A stretch of DNA of 49,757 nucleotides from a virus (lineage: Duplodnaviria; Caudoviricetes): positions 1 to 49,757 of IMG/VR virus record IMGVR_UViG_3300022879_000179. One strand, 5' to 3'. Each line of letters starts with the position of its first letter. The first letter of the stretch is position 1. This document shows, in pieces, positions 47,713 through 49,757 of the stretch. The notes below the pieces were generated by a model that did not search any database, was not told the origin of the DNA, and saw only the letters and a program-made list of their open reading frames with translations. Made by a program: the position numbers and the translations under genes.

Positions 47713-48972
47713 ATGCTTTATAACACCGGCACCATCGCCATTAATGGAAACACAGCAATCGGCACCGGCACGAACTGGACAGCACCCGCCAGCCAGGTCC
47801 GCGCTGGTCAGACGATTATCGTGATGACTAACCCGGTGCAGCTGTTACAGATTTCATCCGTGAACAGCGCCACGTCAATGACGGTTACGCCAGCTGCTTC
47901 CCCGGCGCTGAGCGGCCAGAAGTATGGAATCCTTGTGTCAGACAATATCTCAGTCGACGGCCTGGCGCAGGCCATGTCACAGCTAATCAAAGAGTACGAC
48001 GAGAATATTGGCGCGTGGGAGACGTTCGCCACCACCTCAGCAAACCAGAGCATCACCGTAACCATAAACGGCACTTCTTTAACAATCCCCGGCATCGGTA
48101 AACTGGCGCAGAAAAGGAGCAACGGTGCGCTTGCTGTTGCAGACGGCGGAACCGGGGCAACGACTGCAGCAGACGCTCGCTCAAACCTCGGTTTGGGAAT
48201 CTCGGATACAGTGATGCTTGCAGGTGTTACCGCAACGACCGGGGATTTGAATGTACAGTCAACCACAGGGAGTGTGCGTTACAACGCAGGGGCAGGCGGA
48301 GAACATGTTTTTAACTCTGCTGCGCAGCGCGCTCTTTTTAACTGCCCTGTTGCTCTCGCCGCTGGCTCAATTACTATCCCAAACACTGCATCAGCGACCG
48401 CACCTTCTGGCCCCGGCATACGTGGTATTTATGCAGGCGCAGACACAGCCAACTTTGACAATGCATCTAACATCAACCTTTATTCATGGTACGGGATTGG
48501 TTTCTGCACCGCGTACACATCACCAACTAATGGTGTTCAGGAAGGCAAGCCCGCCGTGTACATCAATACACGAAATGGAACAATTAACGCGAAAGGGGCG
48601 GTTCAGGCCAACGGCGTTACTCTTACGTCAGACTGGAACGCAAAAGAGGAAGTGAACATCATCGAACCTGCTGAGGCTCTGGAAAAGATAGCTGCGCTTG
48701 ATGGTTACACGTTCCGCTATAAGAATGCAGATTCAAAGAGATTAACCGCAGGCGCGCTTGCGCAAGATCTCGATTTAGTGATTCCCGACCTGGTAATTCA
48801 TGATGAAGCTACTGATTATCTTGTTGCCGATTATATGGGGCTGATTGGATACCTTATTGCTGCCGTTAAAGGGCTAAAAATGCAGATGGACGTCATTATG
48901 GATGCAGAAAATTTAAGCAATGATAAAGGGGTTAACTCAGATGGGGAGCTGACCCAGCAGCCAGGATCGTGA
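47713..48972 (+). CDS. Tail fibre with C-terminal intramolecular chaperone (peptidase S74-like)
   Basis: YNTGTIAING N-terminus, GGTGATTAADARSNLGLG, TSD..AKE...GYTF.YK...GALAQD. Confidence 0.82.
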   Translation: MLYNTGTIAINGNTAIGTGTNWTAPASQVRAGQTIIVMTNPVQLLQISSVNSATSMTVTPAASPALSGQKYGILVSDNISVDGLAQAMSQLIKEYDENIGAWETFATTSANQSITVTINGTSLTIPGIGKLAQKRSNGALAVADGGTGATTAADARSNLGLGISDTVMLAGVTATTGDLNVQSTTGSVRYNAGAGGEHVFNSAAQRALFNCPVALAAGSITIPNTASATAPSGPGIRGIYAGADTANFDNASNINLYSWYGIGFCTAYTSPTNGVQEGKPAVYINTRNGTINAKGAVQANGVTLTSDWNAKEEVNIIEPAEALEKIAALDGYTFRYKNADSKRLTAGALAQDLDLVIPDLVIHDEATDYLVADYMGLIGYLIAAVKGLKMQMDVIMDAENLSNDKGVNSDGELTQQPGS

Positions 48973-49304
48973 AATTTTTTAAATGTCGGTTTAGGAAGTC
49001 GCGCGACAAAGGACGTCGGAACAGCAGCAGGAAACATCCAGGTTGTTGGTGGACTCGGCGGGCCGACTGATTGCGAACGGCCTGGACAGGAGGCAGGTAG
49101 CGATAATTTATGACGTTGCCGTATGCACGCTTTATAAAAAATTCCCCGCGTCAAAACAGGCTTAAATCTGCTCACATAGAATTGCGGCCTTAAAATTTAC
49201 AAAACTCATAATCCGAAGCGACATAGAAACTTAGAAACGAAACGGCGAAGCTTTAATCAGCCATGACAGACCCTGTGTCTTGCGTGCATACCCAAATGAA
49301 ACTA

Positions 49305-49320
49305 CTGTATATAAAAACAG
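49305..49320 (+). promoter_or_regulatory. LexA box
   Basis: CTGTATATAAAAACAG. Confidence 0.9.
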
Positions 49321-49337
49321 TATTTGAGGTGTGCATT

Positions 49338-49757
49338 ATGGAGTTTATCAGGCCTACAGAGCTGCGAGAAATTATTGCTCTCCCGCTTTTCAGTGACTTA
49401 GTACAGTGTGGTTTCCCAAGCCCAGCGGCTGATTACGTTGAACAGCGCATCGATCTCAATGAGTTACTTGTCGCTCACCCGAGTTCAACGTATTTCGTCA
49501 AAGCCGCGGGTGATTCTATGATCGAAGCCGGGATCAGCGACGGTGATCTGCTGGTGGTCGACAGCTCGCGCACTGCTGAGCACGGTGACATTGTTATCGC
49601 CGCTGTGGAAGGGGAGTTCACTGTTAAACGTCTGCAACTGCGCCCGACCGTACAACTCAATCCTATGAACAGCGCCTACAGTCCAATTGTTGTTGGCAGT
49701 GAAGACACACTGGACGTGTTTGGCGTTGTTACTTTCATCGTTAAATCTGCGAGCTGA
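49338..49757 (+). CDS. umuD: DNA polymerase V subunit UmuD
   Basis: [22 protein letters not shown]. Confidence 0.95.
   Translation: MEFIRPTELREIIALPLFSDLVQCGFPSPAADYVEQRIDLNELLVAHPSSTYFVKAAGDSMIEAGISDGDLLVVDSSRTAEHGDIVIAAVEGEFTVKRLQLRPTVQLNPMNSAYSPIVVGSEDTLDVFGVVTFIVKSAS

Larger units (their letters stand above)
2090..49757. mobile_element. Lambdoid prophage (left end next to dcp; right end apparently beyond the window)
   Basis: Canonical module order int-xis-rec-cI/cro-O/P-Q-lysis-terminase-head-tail; boundaries approximate, att core not identified. Confidence 0.93.

Noticed and set aside
47713-49260. Diversity-generating retroelement or active shufflon at the tail fibre
   Set aside because: No reverse transcriptase, template repeat or invertase in the window; the two sites are direct and one is degenerate.

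Overview
The window starts with the host gene dcp (1-2034). The rest is a near-complete lambdoid siphovirus-type prophage in an Enterobacteriaceae host (Enterobacter-like by inference). Module order: int/xis; RecT/RecE recombination; immunity region (cI, cro, YdaT/CII-like); O/P replication; an AT-rich accessory region; RusA and Q; pinholin, SAR endolysin and spanins; a small-protein moron cluster; terminase and head; lambda-like tail (tape measure, M, L, K, I, J, fibre); and a LexA-controlled umuD at the edge. attR is not visible. Highlights missed by the ORF track: (1) a self-contained operon of a membrane protein (DUF6338-like) plus two paralogous 46/48-aa peptides, each with three GY[QRK]P motifs and a C-terminal QPAPPPKKP, beside a KAP NTPase; (2) an HK022 putL-like antiterminator RNA downstream of pL, with compensatory base changes and no N gene; (3) a start-less Ig-like domain in the -1 frame after the major capsid gene; (4) a spanin pair in which an o-spanin-like C-terminus sits in the i-spanin frame. 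Family names come from motif recognition and memory; no database searches were run.
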